Shown here: positions 12,035-26,600 of the stretch, in pieces | Layout of the letters: each line of letters begins with the position of its first letter | Position numbering within the stretch: the stretch's first letter is position 1 | Source: Azolla caroliniana | Lineage: Eukaryota; Plantae; Polypodiophyta | Length of the DNA: 64,000 nt | Reading direction: 5' to 3' | Assembly (NCBI GenBank): GCA_043228905.1 | Contig: JBHGNT010000012.1 | Location: 14,632,001-14,696,000, forward strand | Translations under genes and position numbers: made by a program | Notes under the pieces: generated by a model | Seen by the model: only the letters and a program-made list of their open reading frames with translations | Databases searched by the model: none | Told to the model about the DNA's origin: nothing

Positions 12035-14068
12035 TGTCACGGACAAGTATAATAGAGTAGAACGAAGATAAGACTGGAGAACAAGAGAGAGGAAAAGAAC
12101 AAGAACTCAACTTATAGAATTTGTAACTTGTGTTGTTCACCTTGATTAGAATCAAGGTGCACATGAGTATTTATACAAGAGGGTAGGGCTATGTAAGCTA
12201 GCTAGAAATAGAGTACGCATGAGGATGCATGCAATAGAGAATGCATGAGGATGGATGCAAGCTAGAGAATGAGAATGCATGTAAGCTAGGAACTTCCAAT
12301 GTTCAATCTACACTATATGAAGTTGAATTAAATACAAGGATGCATATGTAGCTCAAGTGGTAGGGTTTGCCCATTGATTGGGTTCAATCCCTACCTTCCT
12401 CTGTGGCATATGTCTATGACATTATCCTCCCTCTAAGGTCGCCTCCTAACACCCGCGGCCGGTTTATGGGGGTATCGTTGGTGAAAAGCGCGAATTGCCT
12501 CCGGTGCATTTTGTAAGTGTGTAACTGGTTCCCATGTGGCATCCAAAAGAGGGCAACCTTTCCATAAGACCAAGTATTGAAGTTGCCGTCGACGCAAGCG
12601 AGAGTCGAGGATCCGGTCAACCCCATACTCCTCACTTGTCGATAATTCCATGGGCGGCGGCGGAGGAGGTTGGCGTCCCGGAATGTGAGAAGGATGATAG
12701 AGTTCAAGGAGAGAGACGTGGAAAACATTGTGAAGCCAAAATGTGGGGGGAAGCGCTAACCGGAAGGCGACTAGGTTAACGCGCTCGAGGATACGGAAGG
12801 GGCCTAACTTTTTGTAGTCGAGCTTTGCGCAAGGACTGGTGGTTGCGATATGCCGACGTAGCAACCAAACCATGTCATCGACTGCGAAGGTCGGCGCGAC
12901 TAAGCGATATCGGTCAACGTGAGCTTTATATTGTTTGCTAGCGGCATGGAGCTCGAGGGAGAGGTCACGGTGGACATCTTGTAAGGTGTGGGCACGCTTC
13001 TCGGTCGACTGGGGATTGGAAGTGGGTGTAGAAGCCATATGGACGATGGTGAGCCGCTTTGGAGTGAGCACAGACGTCACAAGTTTTGATAAATTCTTTG
13101 ACCAATTTCCAAGGTTGAGGCCACCAAAACCCCTGAGAAAGCAATGCCAGCGTTTTGGCGACCCCAAAGTAGCCGACAAGAGGATCATCATGGCAAGTTT
13201 GTAGAACTTGGAGATGACATGGGCCATCTGGTACGTAAAGGAGGTGATTATGATTGAGGTCTCGATCAAGGGTGCAAACCACGCTTGCGCCGGCCCAGAG
13301 AGAAGCGTGCCGACAAGCCCAACCCGAGAAAAGTCGCTAGCATACCGTTGGGGCTGTAATCGGATCATAAGCCGAATTTGGTTGATGAAGCCGCGAAGAT
13401 GCGCCCTCGTGCCATTGAATTTGTCGGGTAGGCTGATGGTTGGTTCGAGGACATGGTCGGGCTAGGTGTCGACGGTGGTTGTGACTCGGCAGCTAGTGGA
13501 TTTCTTGAAGTGCCGGATTGCAACTCTCGTAATGATTCCCGAAGGATTTCATTCTCCAGTTGATGTTGTTGCAAGGCTGCAATGATTTGGTTTAGGTTGT
13601 CGACGGAGCCAGACATGGTAGCAAGAAAAGGAAGGTGAACAAACTATCACGGACAAGTATAATAGAGTAGAAGGAAGATAAGACTGGAGAACAAGAGAGA
13701 GGAAAAGAACAAAAACTCAACTTATAGAATCCGTAACTTGTGTTGTTCACGTTGATTAGAATCAAGGTGCACATGAGTATTTATACAAGAGGGTAGGACT
13801 ATGTAAGCCAGCTAGAAATAGAGTGCATGAGGATGCATGCAATAGAGTACGCATGAGGATGCATGCAATAGAGAATGCATGAGGATGGATGCAAGCTAGA
13901 GAATGAGAATGCATGTAAGCTAGGAACTTCCAATGTTCAATCTACACTGTATGAAGTTGAATTAAATATAAGGATGCATATGTAGTTCAAGTGGTAGGGT
14001 TTGCTCAATAGAGACCATGAGGTCTTGGGTTCAATCCCTACCTTCCTCTGTGGCATATTTCTATGACA
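12035..14068 (-). mobile_element. Element A: 2-kb internally deleted (non-autonomous) Tcn1-like chromovirus LTR retrotransposon
   Basis: LTRs at 12035-12421 and 13645-14068, 5-bp TSD CCTTC on both sides, PPT AGAGGGAGGATAA next to the 3' LTR. The interior keeps the gag N-terminus, the integrase Zn-binding region and a chromodomain (EEYGVDRILDSR...YLVLWKG...TWEP). PR, RT, RH and the integrase core are missing. Confidence 0.93.
13976..14045 (+). promoter_or_regulatory. tRNA-like Pol III type-2 promoter cassette in the U3 of LTR A, antisense to the element
   Basis: A box TAGTTCAAGTGG (13983) and B box GGTTCAATCCC (14028) are 45 nt apart. The other LTR has TAGCTCAAGTGG (12349) and GGTTCAATCCC (12381), with a shortened spacer. 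Confidence 0.7.
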
Positions 14069-14273
14069 CCTTCTTTGCCACTACAACTTTTGGCTTAGCA
14101 TGGTGTACCCAATAGTGTGCACCCATTAGGTTTGGGGGGATTTTAAGTATCGGCCATACATAGCATGACCCATGAAGATATTGCCATTGCCATTAGTAAA
14201 ACAAGATTAACTGCAAGACAAAGAAAAGGGGCAAAGAAATTTAAAGTGCACTCTAGCACTTTAGGCTTAATGG

Positions 14274-15201
14274 GGAGAACCTTCTTTTAAGTGAGCTAAA
14301 CCATATGGATGATGCCTTGGCATTTTTTCTCTGCAACATGTATCACAAGTCCAAACAAAATCTTCGACAAATTGTCGCCTATAGGGCCACCAGAACGATC
14401 GTTGCACTAAATCTAATGTTTTAGTACTATCAAAATGCCCAATTGTATATGTGTCATGATAGTTTTGGACTACTCCAAGGCGACAAGAACCATTAGGAAC
14501 ATACAAGAGTTTCTAAAAGAATAGTAATCCATCATGACATTCGAATTGTCGATAGTCCGTACCTAGTTGTTGCGACTGTGAACAAGATGCTCGAGAGGGA
14601 TCAATTTGTGCTAGGATTACTTTCTTTTGGTTATCGAAAGATGGCTCGCCAGGACGCGATGCTAGATACGAATGCCATGATAATGCATCTGTCTTCGCTT
14701 GTTCCTTCCCCGGATGATATGTAATTTTGAAGTCAAAACGAGTGAGGAATTGGGCCCACCGAGCTTGACGTCGATTTAACACACGAGCATTCTGAAAGTA
14801 GGCAAGGTTTTTGTGATCACTGAATATGGTGACTTGATGAGAAGATCCCTCTAGAATATGCCGCCATTGCGTAAAAGAGTTCACTATTGCTAATAGCTCC
14901 TTATCATGAATTTCATATTTGATTTCAGTGGCGTCAAACTTGCGTGAGTGGAAAACCACAAGATGTAGCTTTTCATCATCGCCTTGTTGTGACAGAATGC
15001 TACCCAAGGCGAAATCCGACGCGTCTGCTTCAATGATGAATGGTTTTTCCGAATCAACATGAGCTAGAATAGGAGCTGATGTAAATGCCTTCTTAAGACT
15101 CTCAAAAGCCATGTCAGCTTCTTCAGACCAAACGAACGATTGTCCCTTCTTGTTAAGCTGTGTGAGAGGCAGAACAAGCTTTGAGTAATCATGTATAAAC
15201 T
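14274..15201 (-). pseudogene. Chromovirus pol fragment (end of RT, RNase H, start of integrase)
   Basis: ORF 14513-15112 has FIIEADASDFALGSILSQ, YEIHDKELLAIV and ARWAQFLTRFDF. It is closely similar to 60950-61930. Confidence 0.88.
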
Positions 15202-18200
15202 CGATCTACGTTCGGCACGCGTCTAGCTTGTCGGTTGTCAACACCTTGGTTGTCGAGACTCGTGGGTAGGAGATAGAGTGAGAGCGAGAGCGATAATGAA
15301 AGAGAGAGGGTGTGTGTGTGTGTGTGTGCGTGAGAGAGAGAAAGTGTGAGAGAGTGAGAGAGATAAGACTTGAAATAGAAATGAGATTATATTATGATGA
15401 AACAAGATTACAATGAGTAGGCTAAAGACTAAAGATTGGTGTTGAACCGAATGAGTTGAAATGAATGTATGGACAATTATTTATAGATCCTTATGGAGTA
15501 ATCTAGAATGTTCTAGAATATTTTAGAATTTTTATGAGAAGAAATATAATCATGAAATATTAAAGGATGTTCTAAAATAATGTAGAAAGTTCTAGAATAT
15601 TCTAATATCTCGTAATAACTAAAAATATAATTATTATAATCATACAACATATATGTTATTACAATGGTTAAGGGTTTAACACATAGAGCAAGAAATCTTG
15701 GGTTTGATTCTTGATAAGCCAAAATGTTGTCTTCATGATATTATCCCCCCTTTCGATGACAAGTTCCACAAGTCGGAAGACAAGAGTTCGGACTTGGTGT
15801 ATGGGGATATTTGTCGTCAAATGCAACAACCATGTCAGAGGCATTAGCAAGATGCTCGGTATGCTCCCATGTTCGATCATTAGGTGTATAACCTAACCAA
15901 TCAACCAAATAATATAGTTTGTTGCGGATGATCTTGGAGTCGAGAATGGTAGCAACCTCATATTCAGAGCCATTGGAAACTTCGATTGGAGGTGGGGGAG
16001 GTGTAAGACGACCTAGAATAGAGCTTGTTGTGTAGGGCTCCAAAAGTGAAACATGGAAGACCGGGTGAAGACGCATATGAGGAGGGATCAAGACAAAATG
16101 TCACATCATTGATCTTACTAGAGATCACATATGGGCCGAAATGTTGATAATCCAATTTGTAGCAAGGTCGGGTGGTTTTAATGCTACCTTGTAAGAGCCA
16201 TCCACGATCTCCTACTTGAAATGTAGTTGATGAATCATGCCGATGACGATCAACAATCTTCTTTTGAGTGTTTTGGGCATCATATAAATGATGTAAAAGT
16301 ATATCCTGAACTTCTTGGAGTCGAGTGAGCCGATCTTCAGCAACCGGGTTTTGCAGGAGTTCGGGATGTTCAAGCATCGTCCAACAAGGATGGTACCCAA
16401 TGTTAGCAAAAAATGGGGAATATCCAGTAGAAGATTGTTCGAAGTTTTTGTAAGCAAATTCCACCAAATGTAATAAATCCACCCAATCATCTTGTTGATA
16501 GTTGACAAAACACCGTAGATATTGTTGGACTGTTTGGTTGGTGTGCTCACTTTGCCCAATAGTCTCTGGATGGTAGTCAGAAGAGATTTTACAAGAAGTA
16601 TGTAAGAGTTTGAACATATGCCGCCAAAATTTCGAGATGAATTGGGGACCCCGATTACTGATAATATCATCCGGAAGACCATGATGGCGAAACACCTCCC
16701 ACATGAGTAAATCGGCTGTCTCTTGACTAGTAATGGTCTTCGTGCATGGAAGGAAATGTGCCATCTTCGTAAAGCGATTGACTACCGTGAGAATAAAATC
16801 AAATCCCTTGGAAGGTGGAAAATCCATAATAAATTCCAAGGAAATAGATTTCCATGGGCGGTTTATAATAGGCATTGGTTGTAATAGGCCATATGGATGA
16901 TGTCGAGGTTTTTTTGATCGGCAACATGTATCATAACTACAAACATAATCCATAACAAAATGGTGAAGCCGTGGTCACCAATATCGGCAAGAAATCAACT
17001 CAAAAGTCTTGTGGATGCCGAAATGTATAGCCATTGGCGTGTCATGACATTGTTGCACGACTTTGAGTTGAGAAGGACCGTCCAACACATACAAGAGAGT
17101 TTGTTGAAAAAGCAAACCATCATGCCAACTGAACTGGGTGTAGTCTAGACGAGGATTTTGAGATTGGGAGCTGGAAGCATGATCTGGGATAGTATGACTC
17201 AAAACCTCTTGGGCGAATGCATCGGTCGCAATCTGCTCTCGAATGGAATCAAGAAGCCTTGAATCTCCCGGTGTGTTGATAGTATGTATTGCCATTACTC
17301 GTAGACGATCAAGATCTAAGAGGATTTGCTTTTGAATTTCAAATGCGGCCTCTCCTGGTTGAAGTTCCAAATACGAACGTTGAGATAAAGCATCTGCCTT
17401 TCCTTGTTGCATCCCAGGGCGATATAGAATTACAAAATCAAAACGAGTTAAGAACAGCGCCCAACGAGCTTGTCGACGATTCAAGACTGGAGCACTTTGG
17501 AAATATGGTAGAGTTTTGTGATCATTGTAGACAATAATCTGTTGAGAAGAACCCTCCAAAAACTGATGCCATTGTTGAAAAGAATCCACAATGGCAAGAA
17601 GCTCTTTATGGGGAATCTCATAGTTGATTTCTGCGGCTTCAAATTTCTGTGAGTGAAAAGCCACAAGGTGCAGTTTGCGATCTTCGCCAATCTCGAATAG
17701 TACGCTTTTGTTGAGAGAGAAGCTCAACATTCGGTGCGTAATCGGGTGCGTAACCCAGTGCGTATATTGGGTGCGTAAAACTGTGCGCACAATAGGCCGT
17801 AGCGGTGCGTAAACTGTGAGGCCATTGGAAAGATATTCCGCGTAGGAATATATTTTGGGAGTTAGTGTAGAGCTTAGTTATGAGCATTGAAGTACATGTC
17901 AGTACTTCTGTCAGTCTGTATGGACTTGTATAAAAGTGCTCACTGAGCACATTCTATGTACAAACTAAGTAGTATTTTTTGAATTGAGTTGTGTGTATTG
18001 ACTCTCTCTCGCGTACTATGTGTCCAAGCTCTCCATTAAACCTGTGTTTTTCTACGTTCTACTTTCTGTTGCTTCCGCACATTCGTTTTACATGGTATCA
18101 GAGCGCGAGGGTTGAGAACCTCTGTAGCCGACCTTAGCTCGAGAAGAAAACCTAACCTTCGAAAAGAACAGGAAAAACAAAATGGATAGAGGCATGGCTA

Positions 18201-20689
18201 GCTTGCTTCCGACCGAGAAGCTCGACAGAAATAACTACGCACCTTGGTCCTACAAGATGCACCAGTACCTGCTCGAGCATGGATACTGGAGCTATGTCGA
18301 TGACGCAAATGACACAACACCCGATTCGACACACAAAGACTTCCCAACTTGGGAACAGTCCGCGAATAGAGTTCTCTACTGCTTCGCGTCTTGTGTGGTG
18401 AACAACTTCTGAGCTATATTCGAGATGCGAAAACGCCGAAGGATGCTTGGAGAAATCTGAAAAAGATTTTTGGCGCAAGCACCACAGCCAGAAAGCTCCA
18501 ACTCCGACAGGAGTTGAGCAACTTGCGACAACGTGATTTGTCGGTGGCTGATTACACCTCAAAAATCAAAGATATTTGGGACTCCTTAGTCTCCATCGAT
18601 GTAAACGTGGAGGAAGGCGAAATGGTGTAGATCTGTCTCAGGGGACTAGCGTCGAAGTTCGGAGCGTTCCAAACTACTTTGTGCACACGGGAGAATACGC
18701 CGTCATTTTTCAACTTACAGTCGATGCTCCTTATAGAGGAGAACCATGCGGGTGCATCGACGAGCACGCACATTGATAGCAGGATGTTGTACACAGAGGG
18801 AGATAGGCCCCGTGGTCGTGGCAGATTAGGTGAGTCGGCGCACAATGGAGGCGGCCGACGGGACCAAGGAAGAAGGCACCGAAGTGATGCCGACAACAAT
18901 TTTGGATCCTTCGGAAACAGGGGGAGTTGATGCGACGAGAACCGGCAAGGGAAATCCGTCGAGGAATGCTAGTACTGTGGCAAGAAAGGCCACAAGGAGA
19001 GCGAGTGCTGGAAGAAGTGCACCGATTCGGAGAAAACCGGATCCGGATCCGGACAAACAGACAAAGGAAATCGGCAGCGATCGCACTACACCGAAGGATC
19101 CGAAAAAGTCGGAAAGGCGGAAGCCTTTGTGATGAGACACGAAGCGAACTCGATGAAGAAGACCACCCCGAAATCGGACGAGGTGTGGTACGTTGCCTCC
19201 CGCGTGTCAAACCACATGATAAGCCATAAGGAGTGGTAACTCTCATACCTTGAGAAACCAATGCAACTAGGAGTAGTCGCAATATGAGACAACACTCCGC
19301 ATCCGATCGAGAATGTCAGTGAAGTTCCCCTGAGCCATGTCAGGCAAAAAGGGAAGGTCATGAATGTGTTACACGTCTCGACAATCACGAAGAATCTGGT
19401 GTCGGTCGGGTAGATCGTCGACCAGGGGATGCAGGTCTGGTTCACGCATCTTGGGTGCTTCATCAAGGAGGAAGGCCAAGTTATTGCACAAGGGCGTAGA
19501 GACGGGAGGATGTTTATCCTCAACAACAATGACGTTGGCACGACAATGTTCGCAAAAGGAAAAAAAGTTGAGTCAGATATCGACTTGTGGCACAAGCAGA
19601 TAGGCCAGTAAACTATCAAAGGCTTCAGAACTTGCAATCGAAACAAGTTGTGTTCGGATTGCCCAAATTTAGTGGCCGGAAGGCCCAAATTTGTGAAGCC
19701 TGCCAGCTAGGGAAGCGACACTGACTTCCTTTCCCAACAAGCGTAACCGGAGCCGGAACAAGCTCGACTTAGTACATTCGGATGTATGGGGGCCGACACA
19801 GAACGCTAATCTTGGCGGGAGTCGATATTTTGTCTCCTTCATCGACGACTACACACGACACATGTGGATCTATCTCATTGAAAAGAAAAGTGAAGTCTTC
19901 AACTGTTTCCGGGACCTCAAAAGCTTCGTAGAAAGGGAAACATGGAGAAAGATCAAGTGCCTGCGGTCGGATGGCAGAAAAGAGTACTTTTCCGTCCAAT
20001 TCAACAGTTATCTACAACAAATGGGAAATTGGCGCGAATTCAGGTGCAAGTATACGCCGGAGCAAAACGACGTAGCCGAAAGGAAAAATTGGTCGGTTGT
20101 GGAAGCGGCGCGGGCAATGTTGGAAGAAAAGAGCTTGCCCAAGTTCTATTGGGATGAAGCGGTACGCACCACGGTCTACATCCAAAATCGGATCGGAGAC
20201 AAAGTGTCGGCGCATGAGCTGTATTTCGGAAGAAAGCCGAACCTACGACACTTGAGAGTTTTTGGTAGCATTGCGTATGTGCATGTGCCGAAGGAGAAAC
20301 AGAGGAACTTGGACGCAAAGGCCGAGAAGTGTAACTTGGTTGGCTATTCAAACGAACAGAAGGGTTATAAGTGTTATAACCCCCAAACCAAACAAGCTTG
20401 CGTGAGCCGCGATGCTGTGTTTGACGAGTCCGCGTCCTGGTACTTGCATCCAACTCCGGACCTCAACTCCAACTCTGGACCTCTGGACCCAAGTTCTGAC
20501 GATGAGGCCAGCGAGGCTGAAATGCCTCTGGATGACCGCGAAATCGAGACCCTTGATGAGAGTGTGATCTCATTTCGGCTAAGTGGGCCAAATGAGGGGT
20601 TGGGCTGAAATGGCTAGCCTATTGAAGAGACGTCGAGTAGTGGAGACTCGGCAGTGCATTTCCCGCGCATGAAGCCAAGGAGACAGTTC

Positions 20690-23600
20690 ACCGAAGAGCA
20701 AGAGAGAAAGAGAAGAGACCCACTACGTGCGAGCGTAGATTCACAGGGACACGGCCCTTCGACGCAAGACGCGAGTGGGACAGCGACACAAAGAGACACA
20801 AAGGTATGTATGTATTAACAAAGACAACAACAAGAACACGAAAGCAACAAAAACACGAAGTCGGTTACAACCGAACAGGCCGGCGAACAGAGGCCGATGC
20901 CTATTCGTAAACGTACAGAAAGAAAGGAGCAGGTTGGAGGTGATGCCGGAAGCACTCGGGCATTCCTCAGAGCAGCGCGAGCCTCCCGAAACCTGCACAG
21001 AAAGAAGCTATGGAGTTTGCAAGCCAGAGAGAGAGAGAAGCCTTCGCACACAAACCGACAACACTTCGTCCTCGACTCTCCGCGATCCCCCTACCCTCCT
21101 CGTCTCCCTCCTTTTATAGGCAAGGAAGGAGCCGTTTCCCCTTTACTCCCTACCTACCGAATCTACCTAGGATCTCCTATGTACAAGTTAAGGCGCACGT
21201 GCATGAAGAGTCGGCTTCTACGCTCCGGTGCACCGATTCCGCTCGTGGACGGTTTTCTTCACAACATCCGAACCCACCTAACCGCGCATCCACCGGCATG
21301 TGCCAAATTGTGTTGGGACGGAGAAAACCGGTCCAGCCTTCATTCCCCGCCCGTCGGTTCTTCCTCGGTTTCGGATCGTTCGTCGTCCCGGTCCAGGTTA
21401 ACCGGATCCGGCTCGTCGTCGTGACGCTTCTTGAACGCTTTGATCCGTTTCCCAGCTACCGGTATCGCCACTCTCGTGCCGTCGAGTTCCGCCAGATGGT
21501 ACGTCCCGTTGTCGTTGGCGCTTTGTACCACGTAAGGCCCGAACCACCTTCTTGCGAACTTCCGCGTCGCTCGGTGCTGGTTGTCGAGGCTGCTGTCGTA
21601 GATTAGCACCTAGTCGCCTTCCTCGATCTTCTTCGGTCAGAGCCGGTGTGTTCGGTCGAACCGGGCTTTGTTCCTGATCCTTGCTTCCCGAAGCTTTTCC
21701 GCAGCCTGCTCCACATCCTCCGGTCTTCGTTTGAGTTGTCGTATACGCGCCGCCAGCAGTTCCTCCCGGCTCATCTCGTCTCTCCAATCCACGGTTGCCC
21801 ACGAGGAGATCGTACGTTCCATCGGCATGACCGGCTTCTGCCCAAACATGAGCTCTGCCGGCATGAACCCGGTTACCGAACTGTGCGTAGTTCGGTCAGC
21901 CCACAATGCGTAAGGCAGCAGCCGCGGCCAGTTCCCGACTTGACCTCCGCATGCCCGAACTAACGCCTTGACGATCGGTCCATGTCCGCGCTCCACCTTT
22001 CCATTTGCCTCCAGATTGTACGCAGTGGTAAGCGAGAGCTTGACTCCTAGCCGGTCGAACAGCTCCTCTGCCTCTTCGGCGTCCAACTCCCCGCAATCAG
22101 CCACGATCTTCCCGACGCACCCGTACCGGCATATCACGTCCTCAATCAGGAACCGACATACGGCCACGGTCGTTTTGTTCTGAAGGGCTCGGCCTTCTAC
22201 CTGGTTCGTCAGATCTTCCCGAGCCAGGACCAGATACCGCATCTGTCCTACTCCCATCGGCATCGTCACCAGGTCTATCATCCATTTGAAGTGGATGGTC
22301 GGAGGGTACGTAGGGTGAAGCTCGTCCCGATGTCGGACTACGGAGTGCATCTGACAGCTCTCGCAAGTTGTCACGAACCGATGCACGTCCCGATACAGTC
22401 CCGGCCACCAATACTTCCCCTTTATCTTCTCGAACGTGGCCCACGTTCCACGGTGTCCAGCCCAAGGGCTGTCGTGGTAGGCCGTCAACAGCTCCTCCTG
22501 TTCTTCCTTCATCGCCACCACCCGGAGCGGGACGCCGTTCCTCTTCTTCGGGTGCTTCCACAAGTATCCGTCCCGGAGAAAAATCCACCGATCCGGTTGG
22601 CCTCGTCCTTCGTCCACGACGCATCCAACGTCATCGTCCTCAAAAATCCACCGATCTGGAGCCACTCGCCGTCGTACTTGCTCTCGTCGAAGTCGTTAAG
22701 TGCTGGAGTGCTCGTCCCATCGGTCGTCACGTACGCTGCCTCGAAGAAGTCCACGCCGACGTCTTCGTCCTCCGAAACCATGCCGCCCTCGTCATCAAAC
22801 CTCGCCCTCGAAAGCATGTCGGCCATGGCGTTGTCCTTTCCGGAAATGTGCCGTATTTCCGGGTCCAGGGACTTGATGTACACTATCCACCTGAGCATCG
22901 CCAGGTCCAGTGTCGTGCATCCGGAAACTATGCCGAGAATTGGCAGGCAATTCGTCTCGATAATCACTTCTGTCCCGATCAGGTAGTCTTTGTCGGCCTT
23001 TACCGCCGAAACCATACCCCAGAGTTCGCGTTTAACCTGGGCGTACCCTCGCTGTCGCTCACTGAGGACCTTTGCGCCGAATCGGATCTAGAACCAAATG
23101 CCGTCCTCGTCTTCTTGGTTGACGACCCATCTGATCCCGGTTGGACTCGTATCCACCGTTATGTATACCGGGGTACACTTCTCGTAGACAGCCTTCCAGA
23201 GCGCCGGTGCTGCCGCAAGAGCTTCCTTCAGCTTCCGGACCGTCTCCGTGTGCTCGTCTCGCCACTCGAAATTTTGCCCTTTCTTCAGCAACCCGTATAG
23301 CGGCTCCGCCACGTGGGCGTAGTGCGGGATCCATATGTGGTAGAACGCGCATGCCCCCAGGAACCTCCGAACTTCCGTAACCGAGCTACAATCGGTCTTC
23401 ATCGCGGAGATGGCTTCTACCTTTGCCGGAGACGGCTTCCGGCCATAAGGTCCACATAGGTGTCCGACCACCAGGATTTCCGATTGCCCGAAGGCCGATT
23501 TCTCCCCGGAGAAGGTGAGCCTCGCATCCTCTAGCCTTTGTAGCACCTTCTCGCAGTCGTCGATGTGTGTCGCCACGAATCGCCGGCATCCGTCCAGCCC

Positions 23601-26600
23601 GACTGTCTCGTCCTTCTCCTCCACCGGGCACCCCTTGATCGGGATGTCGTCTAGAAACGACATGGTGATATCTGGGATGCAATCCCTCAGCACCTTGTTC
23701 ATTGCATTCACCATGTGGGCTACCGAGTTGGTCCCTCCTTGTGGCAGGGTACACATTCGCACTAGGCCGAGGGGAGTTCACATCGTCGTAATGTCCCTGC
23801 TCTCCACGGCTAGTTGGAACTGGTCGTACCCCGAGTACAGATCACCGACCGAGTAAATCGACCTTCCGGCGAAGGCCTCTGCGAACTCGTCTATGGTCGG
23901 TCCGATTCCTGCGTTCCGAATGGTCACTCTGTTGACCGGCTGCAGGTCTTGAATGAAGCGCAATGTTCCGTTTTTCTTCGGTACGGTAAACCATCGGTTC
24001 GAGTATGGGGCACTCGACGGTTCAAGAATGCCCATATCTACTTTCTACCTCAGTAGCTCCATCAACTCCGGGATGTGAGCTCTTGGTACCGGAATCGGCT
24101 TGAGATTCCACGGCACATGCGATACTGTGAATATCACCATCGGCTCCACGATTGTCGGATCTACGCACCCGATCTCTTCCGGCGAGAATGCGAAGGCTTT
24201 CCCGTGCCTTCCGAGCATTCTCCGAAACCGGTCTTCCTCCGCCGGCAGTAGGAACCCGCCCCCACCGATCTTGAGCTCCCGGAGCATCCCGTCGGTGAAG
24301 GTGTGTCCTATGCAGGCCGGATCTCGTAAACTGGGGTCCGACGCCATCCCTCTGATTCGGGACTCGCTGCCCTCCGGCAAGGGTGCCGCGACCGGCCTTA
24401 CCTTCCGATCCACAGTCTTGTACTTTGTGCTAACTCGGGCCATCCGATCCGACTCAAGCCCCTGACTGAAGTCCGCGATGACTTCGTACATCTCTTCGGA
24501 ACATACCGGTATCGTCCGGTCTTCGTTAAGGTCTTCTCCGGCTACCTTCCTCAGCATCCCCAAGGTGTCGTCGAAGGAGACCACCTCCACGGCCCCGCTG
24601 ATTTCCTCGTCCGGGCCGAGAACTCCGCACGCTCGAAGTCGCTCCTCCGCCCTTGCCCTTTCTCGGCCAACGATGCCGACTATCATACATCCTCCGTTGC
24701 CGGAGAAGCAGAATTTTCTACCTATCGTACAAGGTTTCTTCGGTTTCTGTTCTATCATGCAGCTGTGGGGTCTTTCTCGAGTGTCCGGGCTGTCTCGACC
24801 CCACGCCTTGGCAGCCCTCTCTAAAAACCCTCCCGGTTCTCGCCACCGAGGGATTCGCGGTTCCGCTCGTGGTTCGGTCTCACGGTCAAAAATTGGACCG
24901 AATGGCGCCCGTCCTGGCTTTTGACCCTTGCGTAGGCCGAACCGTTGTCTAGCACCTTGGTCTCCATTCGCGCCACCGTGATGTATGGTTCACCTAATAT
25001 GACCGGGTGCGAAGACGTCTCCTGTACGAAGAAGTGCTGGTCAATCTCGACGTCGCCGATCTTGACTCGTACGTTCGGGTAGGCCCCGTGCAGTTCCTCG
25101 GTGGCGCGCGTCGCCGCCCGTATCTTCCACCCGTGCTTGGTGTTGATCGGCCACTTCCCCTTCTTATAGAAGTCCATGGACATCAGGTTTATTTCCGAAC
25201 CGTGGTCCACCAATGCCACCACCGGTTCCTGAACATCTCCGATCTTTACCGGGGTCTCCGTGGTCGCTCGGGCCCAGTGTGGCCTCGAATAGTGGCTCTC
25301 CGCCCACTCATCTGCCAGCGCCGAGTCGTCGATGTGCGTCGTCCGCACCTCTACCGGTCTTTCTGGTTCCGTCTCCGTCGACAGCCTCTTCCGTTTCACC
25401 AAGTCTACAATGGAGTCGTGGAACTCCTTCTTGGCGATCCCTAGCACCTCCCGCAATGACAGCTCCACCTTGTTGTCGAGGATCCGTTCCTCTAGGACCT
25501 TCCGTAGGTCCGTAGTCCTTTCTATTTCCGTTCCCAGTCGGTATCCGCCCTTCCTGGGGTTATCTTGCAAGCTGGGCCCACCGACATCGTTCCGTCGTTG
25601 CCCGAATCGGGTCTCGTACCGTTGTGAAGGCCCGGCCGCTCCAGCTTTCCCCACTCGTTTGTCTTCTACCAGAGCCTCGTAGTTCTGGCAGGCGGCTTCT
25701 ACGAAGCCCGTCTTCTCCTCGACCGGATCGCTCCACCCGGTTATTTCCCAGACCCGTCTCTCAGCGCGGTCCGTTTCATCCTTCTTCAACCGTACGCCGG
25801 CAAGACCTTCCAGCATCGCCGACCAGAAATCCGTCTTTGCCCTCCTTTCGGGCCTCGCTGCCCCCGACCCGAATGCCGGCCGACGCCGAGTAGTGGATGG
25901 CCTCCACGTGTCGGGCCGCTGCCTCTTCCATCAGTCTCTTCATACCTCCTCGTCCGTCGTTTCGGTTTAGGGCCCTTCTGGTGTCGCCGGCGTGCACCCG
26001 GCCTTCCCACAGGTACACCACCCGGTTCCTCAACGCTTCTGCGAAATCGCCGCAATCCTTCCGGATGTGGCCGACCTCGTCACACCACATGCACCTGTTC
26101 CCCGTTGCCGGCCGTCGGGCACGAGCCGGTTCGCCGCCTTCCCTTCGAGTCTGGGCGATCTGGAGATCCTTTATCGCCCGCGTCAACTCCTCCAGCGCCG
26201 CTCCTCCGGACGAGCCATTGACCATGCCAGTCGACGCCGGACCGGTTTCGAGCCATTCCCGGGTTTCTTCCCTTCGCACTTGCGGTGCCGGTTCAAGCCT
26301 CCTTGCTGTAACAGAGCCCGCACCGGCTGCCCCATTGTCAGCCCATTCTCGCCGTTTGTCGAAACGGCCACAGGCTCTCTTAACCGCAGCCCAGTCAGTT
26401 GTCAGCCCGTCTTCGGTTTCCAGCAAGGAGCCGACTTGATCCCGGTCCCGCTCGTCCACCGACTTGACGAACAGTAGGACCCGGCTCGTATCCAGAATGG
26501 TTCAGTCAAGCGCTGAAAGGCGCACAAAGCGTTCTTCGAACTCCCGGAGGAGTGCCGACGCGTTTCTTCCTTTGCCGGGGGACTCCACCCATTCCATGAA

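Noticed and set aside
13976-14050. Functional tRNA genes at the A/B-box cassettes
   Set aside because: The acceptor and anticodon stems do not pair, so they are reported as tRNA-like promoter modules instead.
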